Positions 14,166-33,200 of a stretch of DNA of 64,000 nucleotides are shown piece by piece. The position numbers and the translations under genes are program-made. The stretch is from assembly GCA_964247055.1 (NCBI GenBank), contig OZ176051.1, positions 9,734,001 to 9,798,000 of the forward strand, read 5' to 3'. Position 1 is the stretch's first letter. Every line of letters starts with the position of its first letter. Below the pieces are notes generated by a model. It was not told the origin of the DNA. It made no database searches and saw only the letters and a list, made by a program, of their open reading frames with translations. Origin of the DNA: Paragordius varius. Taxonomy: Eukaryota > Animalia > Nematomorpha.

Positions 14166-15215
14166 GTAGTAGTAGGAAGCAAAGTGTATAAACATATTAT
14201 ATAAATTCGAAAAAAATAAATATTTTTAATTTAAAAATAAAAAATTTTAATTTAATATTGAATAGATTAAAGATATTTAATGATAAAAAATTTAAAAAAA
14301 AATTTTTTTTATATAATCGTGAAAATGCGGGACATTTTAAAAACGTAGCGGGAGGCGGGACAAAGTGTGAAAAAGCGGGACGTCTGGTCACCTTACCTAT
14401 ACCTATACTGTTCCCCTCACGTTCTGTACAATTAGATTCTATGAAAAATATAATATTTCTTACTGCTACATCACATGATTGATCAAAATGTTAGAAAATA
14501 GTTATATTTAAAATATTTATTTTATGTAAGAAAACAGGAGTGTAGACTGTTGCTTTATACAAAAAAATTAAACTGCAATAACAATATGTATGCAAAAATA
14601 AACCACAAAATCTTGAACATTATCTTAAACTCGAAAATTAATGTTTCATCCAGATTTTTTTATAATCTAGGGTTTTAATTTCGTTCTATTTAAATATAGC
14701 TTAAATTATAATAAAATTTGTTCAGACCAAATTTGGATCAATAATTTAGTCATAAATTTTAAATTTCAAATTAATTTATAAAAATAGCTAAAACATGACT
14801 TTTGACACTGACCAAATAATTTAAAATATATCCTTGAAACGTTAGTTAGATTTAGGAGGTTATTGATAAAAAAACTTATTAGTTTGACACAATAATATAG
14901 ATATTGAAAAAAATATCCCGTATTTTGTTATGAAACCAATTATTTTTACTATTATGTGTGGTGAGTGTATATGATAACTTTCACACGACAGACGTTATGT
15001 GTGATTTTTAAAGAATTTCTTTAGTAATAACAAATAAACCACCTATTGACCTAGAAAACCAATTTTTCCAATATACACAAAGTCATGGTATATATTTGTT
15101 ATTCTTCTCAGTTAAATTTTAATACCTATAAAGTTATTTGAAACGTTTTTTTTTCATATTCTTGGAACATGCATATAGAATGTTAATTAATCGCTAATGC
15201 AAATTTTACGACAAT

Positions 15216-15923
15216 ATGACATCAATCGATGAATTTGAATCGCGCAAAAAACCAAATGTAAAAATTGGTCTTGCAGAAGAAGAAACTCAAAGTGTTGGAA
15301 TAACAACTAACCGCCCCGCAGGCAAATCTAGCAGACTCAATAAACAAGCCTCTTCCATGGGAGAAAAAGGTAATATTAAAAAAGGAAATTATAAAAACAA
15401 AACCTAAAAAGTAAAAAATCATTTTTTCATTTACTTAAAACTATCGTCTGGGTTGTGAAACACAGAGTAGAGATGTGAATTGGTAATACATTAATATCAT
15501 ATAGGTTACATTAAAAATATTTTTATATATAAGCAATATTTGTGTCTGTTTATTTTATTTAATAAATTTAATTATATTGTAGATATTTGACCGTTAAAAT
15601 TTGTCTCAATAGGTGTTGGTCAGCAACCCCCTATACCACAAATCCCTGTAAGCGGTTTCGAAAAATATTTACACAAATTCATGATCATAACGTGTGGAAC
15701 AGAAAAACGATTTAAACGCTTTTGTGAACACATTTTCGCCCTCTTTTTCCTAGCTATTTTAGGGGGCGCATTAGTTGGATTTTCACTGTATTACTTGTTT
15801 ATTTGGAGTCCTGGCAATATTTGCATGGATCGATTAAATATTAGCAGCGATTTATACAACAATGATACAGCTCACAAAATATTGAATCTCACTAAATGCC
15901 CGTACAGAATATCTAAATCTTAA
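15216..15923 (+). CDS. Uncharacterised single-pass (type II-like) membrane protein, ~155 aa; exons 15216-15369 and 15613-15923
   Basis: A phase-1 GT-AG intron joins the two track ORFs in frame. Hydrophobic HIFALFFLAILGGALVGFSLYYLFIW; two C-terminal Cys; sequons NIS, NDT, NLT; AATAAA just after the stop. Confidence 0.75.
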
Positions 15924-16047
15924 CCATAATTATCTATCAAAATAAATATTGTATAAAAAAATTTATTAATGAGTAAAAATGGTGTAATGACGGGAAATAT
16001 CACAATTGCAGTAAAATATTTTATACAAAGATATTAAAGATAAATAA

Positions 16048-16541
16048 CTAATCATATTTTCCTAATATATCTGTGTCTCTGAAAATATGGTATTCCTTAT
16101 CTTCAAATTTTACGGTCATTCCACCATATTCTGGCAAGAGTACTTTATCACCAACCTTTACACTCATTTGCATATGAGAACCTTTCTAAAATAAAAAAAA
16201 AGATTTTTTCACAAATAAAATAAATTAAAACTAAAAAGCTTACATCATCTCTGGAACCAGGACCAACAGCAATGACAGTAGCATTCAATACTTTCCCTTG
16301 AGATTTTTCGGGCAACATTATACCGCCTTTGGTTTTAGTTTCAGGTAAGAAACGTTCAACCAAAACACGATCAAACAAGGGTCTAAAGCGCTTCAAAACC
16401 ATTGAGGCCTAAAATTTTAGTTTAACAATATATTTTATGCCAATCATTAGATAAATCAGAAAAAAATTAGAGTTAAGTTATCATATATTATTCCAAAAAA
16501 TGTTTTTCATCATTTCAATATATAAAATTAATGCATACCAT
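16048..16541 (-). CDS. HSPE1: Mitochondrial 10-kDa chaperonin Hsp10; exons 16541-16539 (ATG only), 16408-16244, 16185-16048
   Basis: M|ASMVLKRFRPLFDRVLVER...GGIMLPE...VIAVGPG|KGSHMQMSVKVGDKVLLPEYGG...IFRDTDILGKYD*; canonical splice sites. Confidence 0.96.
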
Positions 16542-21632
<5,091 letters not shown>

Positions 21633-23016
21633 TAATCAACAAACCTGAAATGAAAATTGCGTTATTAAATAAAAACTAAAATATTTAGTTTTTTACCTAA
21701 ATACATACATTTGATGGTTTTACAAATCAAAAGGTTAACTAACATTTTTGGATACAAAATTAAGATATATCTCAAATTTATTAAAAATTTTAAAAACTAC
21801 AGCACGCTATTGTTTAAATATATATAAAGAATATTTTCACATTTATTCTTTGCAAAAATTTACACCAACTCTTTTTTTAAATATATATGAAAAGGGTTTA
21901 TAAACGAAAAATTGGTAAGTTATAAATTTCATGCATGCAAAAATTTTGATAGTGCATACACGCATTTTATTACTATTTGTGTTTTTTAATCAATGTGATA
22001 TTTTTTCCAATTTTATAGTCACTGTTTTTTCAAGTTTATTAACTATACAGACACCTATCATATTATTGTGATAATAACCTTTATACGATCAATTTTGAAA
22101 TTTGTATCATTTTTGTTTTTATATAGTCACATTTCAAAGTGTAAATAAAATTAAACTATTTTCTAACAAATATGCATTTTAGGGTGTATACAAAAGGTTA
22201 TTAATTCTCTGAAATAGAAATGGTATTGACCATATTAAATAATTTTGATCAAATAGGAAATATAGCATATCTGATGAGCTGATGATGGAGCATTATCGTA
22301 ACAATACTTTCATACTTTTGTCTATTTTCAGTCATTTGCATTTGTGTAGGTGTAGGAATGTATTTTTAAATTTTCAGATTCTATTAGATCAGCAAGAGTA
22401 GGACAGCGGCTTCGTTTTCGTCAACCGTTTACTTTTTCCCAGGAGTTTAAATGTCTAACGTGATTGATTGTGATAGTTTGTGTTCATTGATTTGTTTTTT
22501 TAAAGATCGGCCGGTATAATGCACTAAAAGCATCCTAATTTAAACGCTGTAATTGTTTTTTATCAGTTCCCAACTTAACATCCAAAAGGCATTATTATCT
22601 AATTAATTAAGAACATTCTTATATTTTGCTTTCGCTAAGGCTATTTTTAGCATTTATATTTGTCTTTTTATTTCGAAAGCTTTTTGGTATAGCTGCTTTA
22701 TTCCACATACTAAGTGTGTCGATGCGATAATTGAGCCCAAGTTGAGAATGGTTGAGGTAGCATCAACATAGGGAAGCGTTTATGAATAACTTTTTTGGAT
22801 TTCGTTTGAATCAATGGTACCGACATTGCCTTTTTAATGTAACGTAGATATGCAGTTTTCCGCATGCCGCTCTTAATTCGGAAATGCCGTTTTCGCTTAT
22901 TGTATGTTTGTAATTGCCTTTAAATAGCTTTAACTAATATTTTTTAGGATTTGTTAGTAATATTATTTAAGAGTAAACCATTATTTTTATGTCTCACTAA
23001 CTAGTTTTTTGATTAA

Positions 23017-23589
23017 CACTTGGATACAATACATTCATTTTAGTCCTTCGATTCAAATTGGGGTATTTAAATACCCCAGGCCTGTTTAAAATTAAATTCT
23101 TTGAAAATTATGGAGGGAATCTAAATGATGGCAAAATTTTGCACTTATATAACATCAATAAACCGATATATATATAAAAATTTTATTCAAAAATACTTGA
23201 TATTACTTATTTTAAGCTAAAATTGAAAGGTAAATATTTAGTCAACGTGACATGTGTGCAATGGTAAAATTAAAAAATAATACAAAATAAACCGCTTTTT
23301 CTATTTATATCAATGTTAGATGTAATTTAAATCAAAAATTAGCTTTAATTTTACCCTTATAAATGAAGACACTATTTTGCAAAAATTTTATAATATAATG
23401 GCGTCGAAGCAGTTTTACATGAAACTTTTTTTTTCAAAACAAAATTCTATTTAGATATGGCATATTTATATAATTTTTATTAGGATAGAAGCATAAATTT
23501 AAATTAGGACCGTTTACTTCAGTAGTTTATTAAAAATCCCAACTCAAATTTAGTCTGGGGTATTTAGAAACTCCAATTTGAATCAAGTG
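23017..23589. mobile_element. Uninterrupted TTAA-type (piggyBac-like) MITE, ~573 bp
   Basis: TTAA|CACTTGGATAC ... GAATCAAGTG|CTAA; subterminal inverted repeat TTCGATTCAAATTGGGGTA..TACCCCAG near both ends. Confidence 0.85.
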
Positions 23590-24926
23590 CTAAGTGCATT
23601 TTGTTGAATTCAGTAATTTTAAAAGATCCAATACAGAAGCATATCCAAAAATTGCTAAGAAGGAAATTTTATTAAATTTCGGCAAGATGTGTCAAATATC
23701 ACATTCCTAACTTTCCTCAACTTACTGAGAGGTGGCATATAATTAAAGTATATTAATACATTCTACGACATTAATACTGGTCTGTCAGGACGTTAAATCA
23801 GATTTTCTAAAACTTATTAATTAATATTAAAATGTCCACTTATATAATATATTGATTAATTTTAATATTAAATTATTTTTATCTTTTAAACTTAATCACA
23901 CAAGAGGCATTATACTCGGTTTAATATGTAGATATCTGCATGTGTCAAAGAGCTCTAAAATATTTGCCAAATATATTTTTCGGCCCGCCCTAATTTTTAG
24001 TAAATATTATACTGCTATGACGGTAAAGTTAAAAGAATTAGAAATGTTTTACAAAAAAATGGTTTGGAAATCTTCTATCGATATTAACAAGTTTTATGTT
24101 TTTAATTTGACGCCAGAGTGCGATTTTTAGCTTTTATTCTGGTTAATCTTTCTGTAAACCTCCGAAAAAACCTAAAACCTATAAAATAATATATTGCGAT
24201 TAGAATAATCATTATGCTATATTAAAACATAAATTAATTGCCTCGTTTACGTCTATCGTATTTATTTTTATTTGACCTAATATGTGATAAAAATACGATT
24301 TTTTGATTTTGACTAATAAAAAAAATTTAAATAACTTTATTTCTATAATTTTAACCGCATATCTCATTTTATTCTTCATTATTCTGAAGCTTTTGACTAT
24401 CTAATAATATATTATTCATTAACATTTATTTTTTGCTGCGCACCGTTAAACCTTACAAAGTTAGTCATGTCAATACAGAAAACATTTGAATTATACAAAT
24501 TTTTTACAAAAAATCCTATATATTACAAGTACTAATCCAATTAAATAAAAAGAATTTGCGTTTTCATTTTCGAAATACCAAAAATAATAGTTGAATTATT
24601 AAAGGATAATAATTTATGGGTAAATATTTGATTTGCGTATACTATACTGTCATTTCATAGTTTACTAAAGTTAACTAAACAGTGTTAAAGAAAATTCGGG
24701 GTATATTTATTGGCAACGACCCAAAAATAATATATTTTTTAAATATATTTGTTTGACCCGATTTCGCAATAACATTGGAGAAAAATAACTTTTTATTTAT
24801 TTAAAATATGTTATTTTTATGCAAGGACAACAAACAATCCTCCAAAATATCTCAACAAAAATTGTTATACCTCTATATATAACTTGATATATCCAACTAT
24901 ATTGTAATTCGATTTAATTTTTTACT

Positions 24927-27900
24927 ATGATTTTCTTTATTTTAATACCGTTAATACCATTTGTTGGAGGTAATGTAAAATATTTTTACAAATATATTTT
25001 TAAAAAAACTGTTTAATCAAAGTGTAAAATTATTAGTGTAATGTTCTGTTAAATTTGATGTATTAACTTTTAAGTTATATTTAGGTCTTACGGTGATAAC
25101 ATCGCCTTCAGTCTTTGTGGATCGCATAACATATGGACCGACGTCTCAAAAGAATATGGTAATTATTTGGAGGAATCCAACTATTTACTTGCAAGAAATT
25201 GTGCGTAAAAAACTTTATTCGGATGTATCTTTGTTAATCACGATAAAACCAGTACGGATCGATCCAGAGAGTATAATAATATATATATTTCAAATTCACC
25301 CTCAATTCAAACTCACCCTAAAATAAATTATGTGGTTTTTTAAGATTCTTTTATATTTTTAAAAAATAAAATATCGTAAAAATATACTAAAAAAATAATA
25401 ACGAATAGAATATTTGCCCAAAAACACATATTTTGTTTGGGTGAATTCGAATTGCAAATGGGATATATATATAGTCTAATCATTTTTTATTCGAATTACA
25501 GTAAAAATTAAAATCAGGCAGACAAAACATACAAACATAACGACAAATATTTTTGTTTTACTAAATTAAACAATTCACTTTTTTAAAATTAATGTTTTAG
25601 CTCTATAAATTATTTTATTACTATATATAATTAATTGTGTTACGAATATACATCTCTAATGACACTTTGATGTATCAAACAATGATTATATTTAATAAAA
25701 ATCAGTTTATAAAAGTCCAGCGCTACTTTAAAATATATGTTTAATTAAAATTTGACCTTCTATTTTTATTTAATGGATGGATATCTTACTTTTTAATTAA
25801 AATATATGGCATCGTATTCGCAATTTTTACCTGATAAAAATATATATGATTAAATATTATATTATAGAGAAAATGTATTGTATTCCATATTATAAATTAG
25901 CTATTAAATACGAAATGGTAGCATTCAGTCCAAAAAAATCAAAGGTGATCAAATTTACACTCAAGATGACTTATTCGAATTTGCAAGGTATTTATTATAT
26001 TAATTGTACTTATGCTACATATATTTTTTTCCCCAAATTTTACAATTATTTTCATTTAGAGTTGGAATTGAATGCCCGAAATATAAGATCTATATGCAAG
26101 ACTTATATGCTAAAAGGTATTATAGGGCCTGAATATTATATTTTAATTAAAATTCTTATTTATAGAAAACATAACTGCACCGCTAATTTCCTACAAAGTT
26201 TCCAATGTCACTTCTAGAAAAAATTATGTACTTAAGATGTATCATAATTCAAGTAAAATTTCTTCAATATTTTTTGCTATAATCGATATGTAATTATTTA
26301 ATTAACCATATTATACCATTTACGATTTAAATTCAATCTAAAATTCAAATTGATCCTAAAAATAAATTATGTGTTTTCGAACTTATATAACTCATACTAT
26401 TAATATAAAATATATTTTTACCACATAGTTCATTATTTTTTACCTATTATATTAATTTTACACAGAATTTTATATAATTATATTATGAAAAATAAAAGGT
26501 AATTTTTAATCTTGAAAAAGAACATATAATTTATTTTAGAGTGAGAATTTAAATTGTTCAAGGGTGAATTTATATTGTTCAAGGGGTTTAAACAATAAAT
26601 GGTATATTTTTGGGGTGTAGAATATGAAAGAACTGGAAAAATAAATGCCGGACTTGTCATAACATCTGTTTCTCCCAACAATACCATATACCTAGTTGGA
26701 GCTACAAAGAAAAATTCTACCCATACCTTTCACAGGGTAATCATGAAACCCAAACCACAACGCATAAAAAGAGGTGAGTTAGAGGGGTATTTGGGGTTTA
26801 TCTTAGATTAATTGTACATTTTTACTGTCTATCAAAAACTCAATAATATATTTACTGTTCATGTAGCTGATATGACAGGTATAATATGGCATGATTGTGT
26901 TAATTGTTAAACGGCATAACTTTTTTTGTCACAAATACTAACAAAATATCATTATGAAATATTTTTTTACCTAAATTTAACCTATCCTATTATATCTATT
27001 TTTTAGATTTATTCACTGGACCCTCTGAAGATGGTATGATATTAATTTTTATATGTGCTTTTAAAACATAAATAATAATGTGTCAATTAAATAATATTTT
27101 ATTTTTAACATTTCAAGATCTGCGTGAGTCAATTTTATCCTAAAAATAAAAAAAATTGCCAATCTTTTATTTAACTATTTATTTTATAAATATAGTTGAC
27201 TTCTTAGATGTTACCAATGATGAAATAAACGAGGTTCAAGGTAACAATTTTTTTTATATTTTGGTTGAGCAAATATGAATGTACATAAATAAAATTTGTA
27301 TAAACAAAACTCAAAATTCTAAATTTGTTTCGAATTTGGGTTATATACATAGTGGGGTTAAATATAAATTCAACCCTATGATAAGTTTTTTTCAAAAAAT
27401 ATCGAAATTCGGGTTTGGGTTAGCGGTTATCATACTGCAAAGTGCAATCATAACGCGAGCTTGTTTATAAATTTTAGTCAAATAAAAATTTTTGAACAGT
27501 CATGAAACTATATTAACCAGCTACCCTGCTTTTTTTAATATTAGTATGTTTATTTCATCGTGCACTGTATGAGTAACATTGCTATAATTAATTATTGCCT
27601 AATAGTAAATACAACAAAGGGCAGTATTATTGGCTTATAGTTATTCACTTTTTACTATTATTAACCAATAATATTGCCCTCTTTGTTGTATTTTGGCAAT
27701 AATTAATAACTTTCTAGCAATGTATATATACTTACTCATACTGTTATATTTTATCCATAAAATTGAAAGTATGAAATTTGCATTGTCGTAAAATATCAAT
27801 ATTATTTATTTTATGGTTAAGGCCCATTTATTTTTACGTACCGTATTTTAAGAATATATATATATATATCTTAGTTAAATTTTTTTAATAATACAATTGA

Positions 27901-30180
27901 TATGTAAGTAATGTTATCAAATTCTATCCAAATAATATTTGTGGTTGATTATACGATCACCCCATATATTTCATTTCTCGTGTGGTCATCTAGAAGTGGA
28001 AGAGAGCGACGTTGAAAGTGTGTATAGCGATGTGAGTGAAGCATTTAGCGATTTGCTGGAGGAGGAATCTGTGGTGGATCCAACGATAGAAGTTAGAGCA
28101 GCCCTACCATTACCACCGCCAGATTGGGGTTGGTTAATAATAAAAAAAGCAGAAATTATCTAATTTTTTTAGTTGGGTTAGGTTAGATTGATTGGACAAT
28201 ATTTGTAAAATAGTTGATTACTGACTGGATTGTATTTAATGTAAAATTATTACTGCGAATAATTATCCTTGCGGTAATATATACCATTTACACCTCAAAT
28301 TCCCCATTATTCATTAATTCAATGATTCACCCTTGAAGAATTTAAATTACCCTCAAACAACTCATACCTAAAATAAATTATGTATTTTGAATATTAAAAA
28401 CTAACTATACGTTTTATATTTTTAAACTATAAAATTTCGTTTAAAATAATTATAAATTTTGCCATAAAGAAATAATTCTTATTAATGATGAGTTATATTA
28501 GCCCGAAAACACGATTTATTTTTAGGGTGAATTCGAAATGTTCAAAGGGTAATTGGAATTGTTCAAGGTGAATATGAAATCAAGTATAAATGGTATATAC
28601 CAATATCAGGCTTTATGATTCATTAAAATAAACATTCATACTATATCATTAAATTATAAATTATTTTTTAAGATTTGGATTGATTTATAATACCTATACA
28701 TTATCATATATTCTTTGTTACAAATTAATGTAGTAGACGATTAACTTTTATATTATAACATATTTTATATAAGGTGTAATATGAATTGATAACCCAGATA
28801 TACCATTTACAATTCAAATTAACCCTTAAACAATTCAAATTCCCCCTAAAAATAAATTGTGTGTTTTTGGCTAACATATTCCTGATTAATATGAATATAT
28901 CTTTATGGCATAGTTTGTCATTTTTTAGTATTATTTTAATTTTAAACAAAAAACATATTTTATTTTAGGGTGAATTTGAATTGAGTGAATTTAAATTATT
29001 CAAGGGTGAATTTGAAGTGTAAATGGTTTATTATTTAGTTTTAGATACTTTAGATTGCAAAAAAATATATTGCAAACTTAGCATTTTTCTTTACGCTGTA
29101 ATGATTCTTTGAAAAATTTGAACTTTTTTACCATTTCATTTTTTGTGAGTCATTACATTTTGGGGTTTGGTATTGAACCCAAACTTATATATAAACTACT
29201 ATCAAAGTTTTTTGGTTACATTATGAAACATTGTTCTCCTGTTATCAATATAAATTATTTTTACAATTCAGCTTAGAGCAGGGGTGTCGAACACGTGGCC
29301 CTCCAAGTCATGTGTGGCCCGCGAAAAATTTGAAAATTCATTATTTGAAAGCAAAAGCTTACAAAGTCTAAATAATGATATATCTTAAACAAACTTTCTG
29401 ATAAAAACTCCATCCGACTGGCAATGAACTAAATGTTATATTGTGTTTGCATTTTACAGTCTTATGTTTGAAATCATATTTATGACTGTTCATATATGTT
29501 TCAAATACGCCCGCGAAGTCATTTGTGTTGACGCCCCTGTTCTAAGTCAAAATTTGATTCAACCTGGTTTAGAATTAATATATTAAAAATTTACTGTTAA
29601 TTGAATTAGAAAGCTTTCTAAGCTACTTATTTTTATATTAACTGTCATTAAACACTTCAAAAAATGGCGGCGAAAAAGTTTGAGATGATTTATTATCATT
29701 TTATAGGTTAAATTGCATGTTACAGTACAACTTTACCTATAATATTTTAGGATCTACAAAATTAGATCAATCCAATTTTAATAACAATGTCCGTAGAATC
29801 TTGAAAGTTATAAAACAACGGACATAACAAATTAAAACTTTTTTGAAACCTAAAATTAAATATCTATATATGACTTTTTTATTATTCATGATATTACTGA
29901 AACTTCATTGTTGTTCTTTCAAGCCCCTTTTAATTTAAGGCGATAATTAAATAGAGACAAAGCTTTGTAGTCTTTTGAGTATTTAATATATACCAAATTT
30001 ACATTGATTATGATTTTAATTATTTTAGATCAAGTTTCAACAAGTGACGGTAAGATTTTGTAACAACATTATATAATTATATTTTTCATTTTAATTTTTT
30101 TATAATTCAATAATTAATTTCTTTTATTGTGACCTTAGAATTTTTATCCGAAGCTAGCGGTATTATTACATAAATATATA

Positions 30181-30220
<40 letters not shown>

Positions 30221-33200
30221 CATATTGTGGTGTTGAGATATGAGAATATTATAAATAACAATCTAATTGCCATAAAAATGTGGAATATATAAAAAGCATA
30301 TGATTAATACTTTGAATTCTAGGGTTTAAAATTTGGACATCACGCAAAAATGAAATCATCATTTTGAAATTACTGTAAAATAACACAGTATCCACAAAAA
30401 TCCCGACGAAGCATATACATATTTTGTAGGAAAATATCAGGATTATCACGGTGATTTTGGTTTTAGCTTTTACGAATAATTTAAGAAAGTTATTTATGCT
30501 TTTGTGGTAAGTGCTAACCATGTCAAAAAGGGCAACATTTGCGCACACTTTTTTAAACTTTTATGCTTTAAAGTGCTTATAAAAATAAAGCATTTTTTTT
30601 AAAAAAAAATAATTTTTAGATGTGGGCTAGGAAAGTCCCATTTTTTGCTCTCCTAAAATGGGCTAGTTGTCTAAAAAAAGACTCAAAACTGTAATTGTGC
30701 ATTAAATAAATATATGCTAAATTTAATATTAGCCAAAAATATTTTTAAAAAAGCACACTTTTTTAAATATTAAATTTTTAGCAAAATTTTGTCAAACTTC
30801 GTACTGACGGTTAAATATATGGTATTATATAAACCTTATATAATTTGAGGATGCTGAACATTTCTTTTGCCTCATCAATTTGATTAAATTGTAATTCTTA
30901 ATTATGTTATATATCGATTGTGGTTAAACTAAATTTCACCAAAATTTAAATACAAAACCTTTAAATAAAAATTCAGAATAGAAATATTAATTACAGTATG
31001 TATTTCAATGGTGGCTTATTGCAAACTATAGTAGGGCAATTCGCGCAATAGACAACAAAATGTTGAATAAACAATTTTCCTTTCTTTTTTCCATACACTC
31101 CTGTGTTGCAAATTGCACTACTATACGATGAAAAAATAAGCTACCATTAAAATGCATATTGTATATCTGAAAGGTTTTTTGTAATATCTTAAGCGTTTTT
31201 ATACCGTTTCCTTTCCTCAGTATAGCATGAAATACGCTTCAACATAAATAAATTTTGAATAAGTTATATAACATTTTTCAGTCAATAGTAACACTTTTTT
31301 AACCAAAGCACCGTTTTTACAACCAAACGCAACTTAGTTCCGTTTGAATAAAAAATGTTGCGGCGTTTGGTTGAAAAAGTGTTTCTTTTGACTGAAAATC
31401 GTATATGCATTTTTAAAAAGTTAGTTGATATCAAATTTTTGCATATATTTAAATTTTTTATCGCGAATCCCGGTTTTCGCCTTTTCCTAAGAGACCTGAC
31501 CAATTTAAAAGAGATAAAAAAATTTGGACTTTTAACCCACATCTAAAAATAATTTTCCACATTTTTTTGCATTTTATATGTACTTTATATGATATATTTT
31601 AGTGATATTTTTTTGAAATGAAGCATTTAGCTTTCACCAAAAATTTTTTTTAAAAATTTAACCATTTCCTAATATGGAGCACTTAAAACAAAATTTTAAT
31701 AACTTTCTTAAATTACTCAGGACCAAAACATAAAGCACCCTTCCTGATACTTCCAATCAAATTATTTAGGATATTATATACCCCCGATTTAAAACACATT
31801 CTACTTTTATCATATTTTATATTGGCACTTTTTATTGAATTAAAAAATATTTTGTGACAAAATATGAATCAATTCACAATATACGTTTTATTAATTTTTT
31901 TGTAATCCACAGCACAGTTAATTACAGTAAAAATTAAAATACGGGCAAAACGTATAGAGACAATTTTTTTATCAAAATACAACCATACTATTCAAACATT
32001 AATTTATCCTATTTAAATCATTTAATCACAATCATAAAATATGTAATTGAGTGTGTTATCAATATACATGTCTATTTCATACTTTAGACTTTAAAACAAT
32101 GGTTATATAAAAAAAATAGTATAAAAAGTATGATTTTATTCTAGAAAAAAATATAGGTCTTTATATTTTTACGTTTTGTCCGTATAATTGTTTTTACTGT
32201 AATATCATTAAAAACCAGTCTCATATTTAATTTGTTGAATAATTTAATAAAACCGGGTTAAAAAACTACAAAAGATAATTAATCATTAATAATTTTTTAT
32301 GCATTTTTATAGAAGTAGATTATTGGGCCGATGTGTCGAGTATATACATTTAGTTAACCTTTTAGGCATCGCATCTGAAGATAACGCAGGTAAAATAAAG
32401 TCTTAAAAATAAAAAATAAATATATATCAAGGTAACTAGCCATAAATTGATTATAATTGGCATTACATGTCATATTTATGAAACTTTAAATTTTGAAAAT
32501 TTACATTACATAATCAACATATTATACATTCATTTCGTTAATTAAAAAAACTTTTTCTCATTCTCATTATTATCCTTAAAGAAGTATCCACCATTCTGAT
32601 TCCCAATATCTATAATTTATATTGGATGTTGAAATCTAGCGGTAATGCAGGTTTCAGGATAATCTAAAATTTTAATTCACCAGCAATAGTTAGCTGTTTT
32701 TTTATTGAATTTCGCAAAAAATTTGATTGATCAATAAAAATTCTAAGCATAATACTATCAAGATAAAATAATAATCAATTTAAAGAAAATTGAATAAGTT
32801 TGGAGTTATATTATATCACCTTGGTACCTAATATATATTTATGCATATCAATATGGGTATAAATAACCTCTCAATAAATAAGTCACAATCGATATAAATA
32901 TTGATATAATTACTTTAACATGTATTTAATTTATAAATGAAAGATTCAAATAAAACTTTAACCGTATACGAATGTAATTATTCATGGTTATCAGCAGTCA
33001 TCATTAAAAGAAGTTAGCTGTTTAATGTTTAATAATATCATCGGTATTATTTTTATAACTATTCGCTTAAAATTTAATAAAAAAATTATATGTTATACAT
33101 TTAATTTAGTGTATATACATATATCCTATATAAATTTTAGTAATAAGGTCACGGTGTATTAAATTATATTTTGATAGATATGTTTAAAATTTTTGTGGTG

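Larger units (their letters stand above)
11052..14395. mobile_element. hAT composite: two 5' ends facing outward, with transposase remnants tail-to-tail
   Basis: Termini TAAGGTGAC... and ...CGGGACGTCTGGTCACCTTA; homologous transposase motifs on both strands; 8-bp flanks match only partially (ACTATATA/CCTATACC). Confidence 0.65.

Noticed and set aside
15583-15592. 10-nt microexon with a 20-nt intron in the orphan TM gene
   Set aside because: Inclusion creates an immediate TGA and shifts the frame.
22200-22950. Possible pogo/Tigger transposase remnant downstream of HSPD1
   Set aside because: Slightly GC-richer, but I could not read a convincing catalytic or HTH motif or termini.
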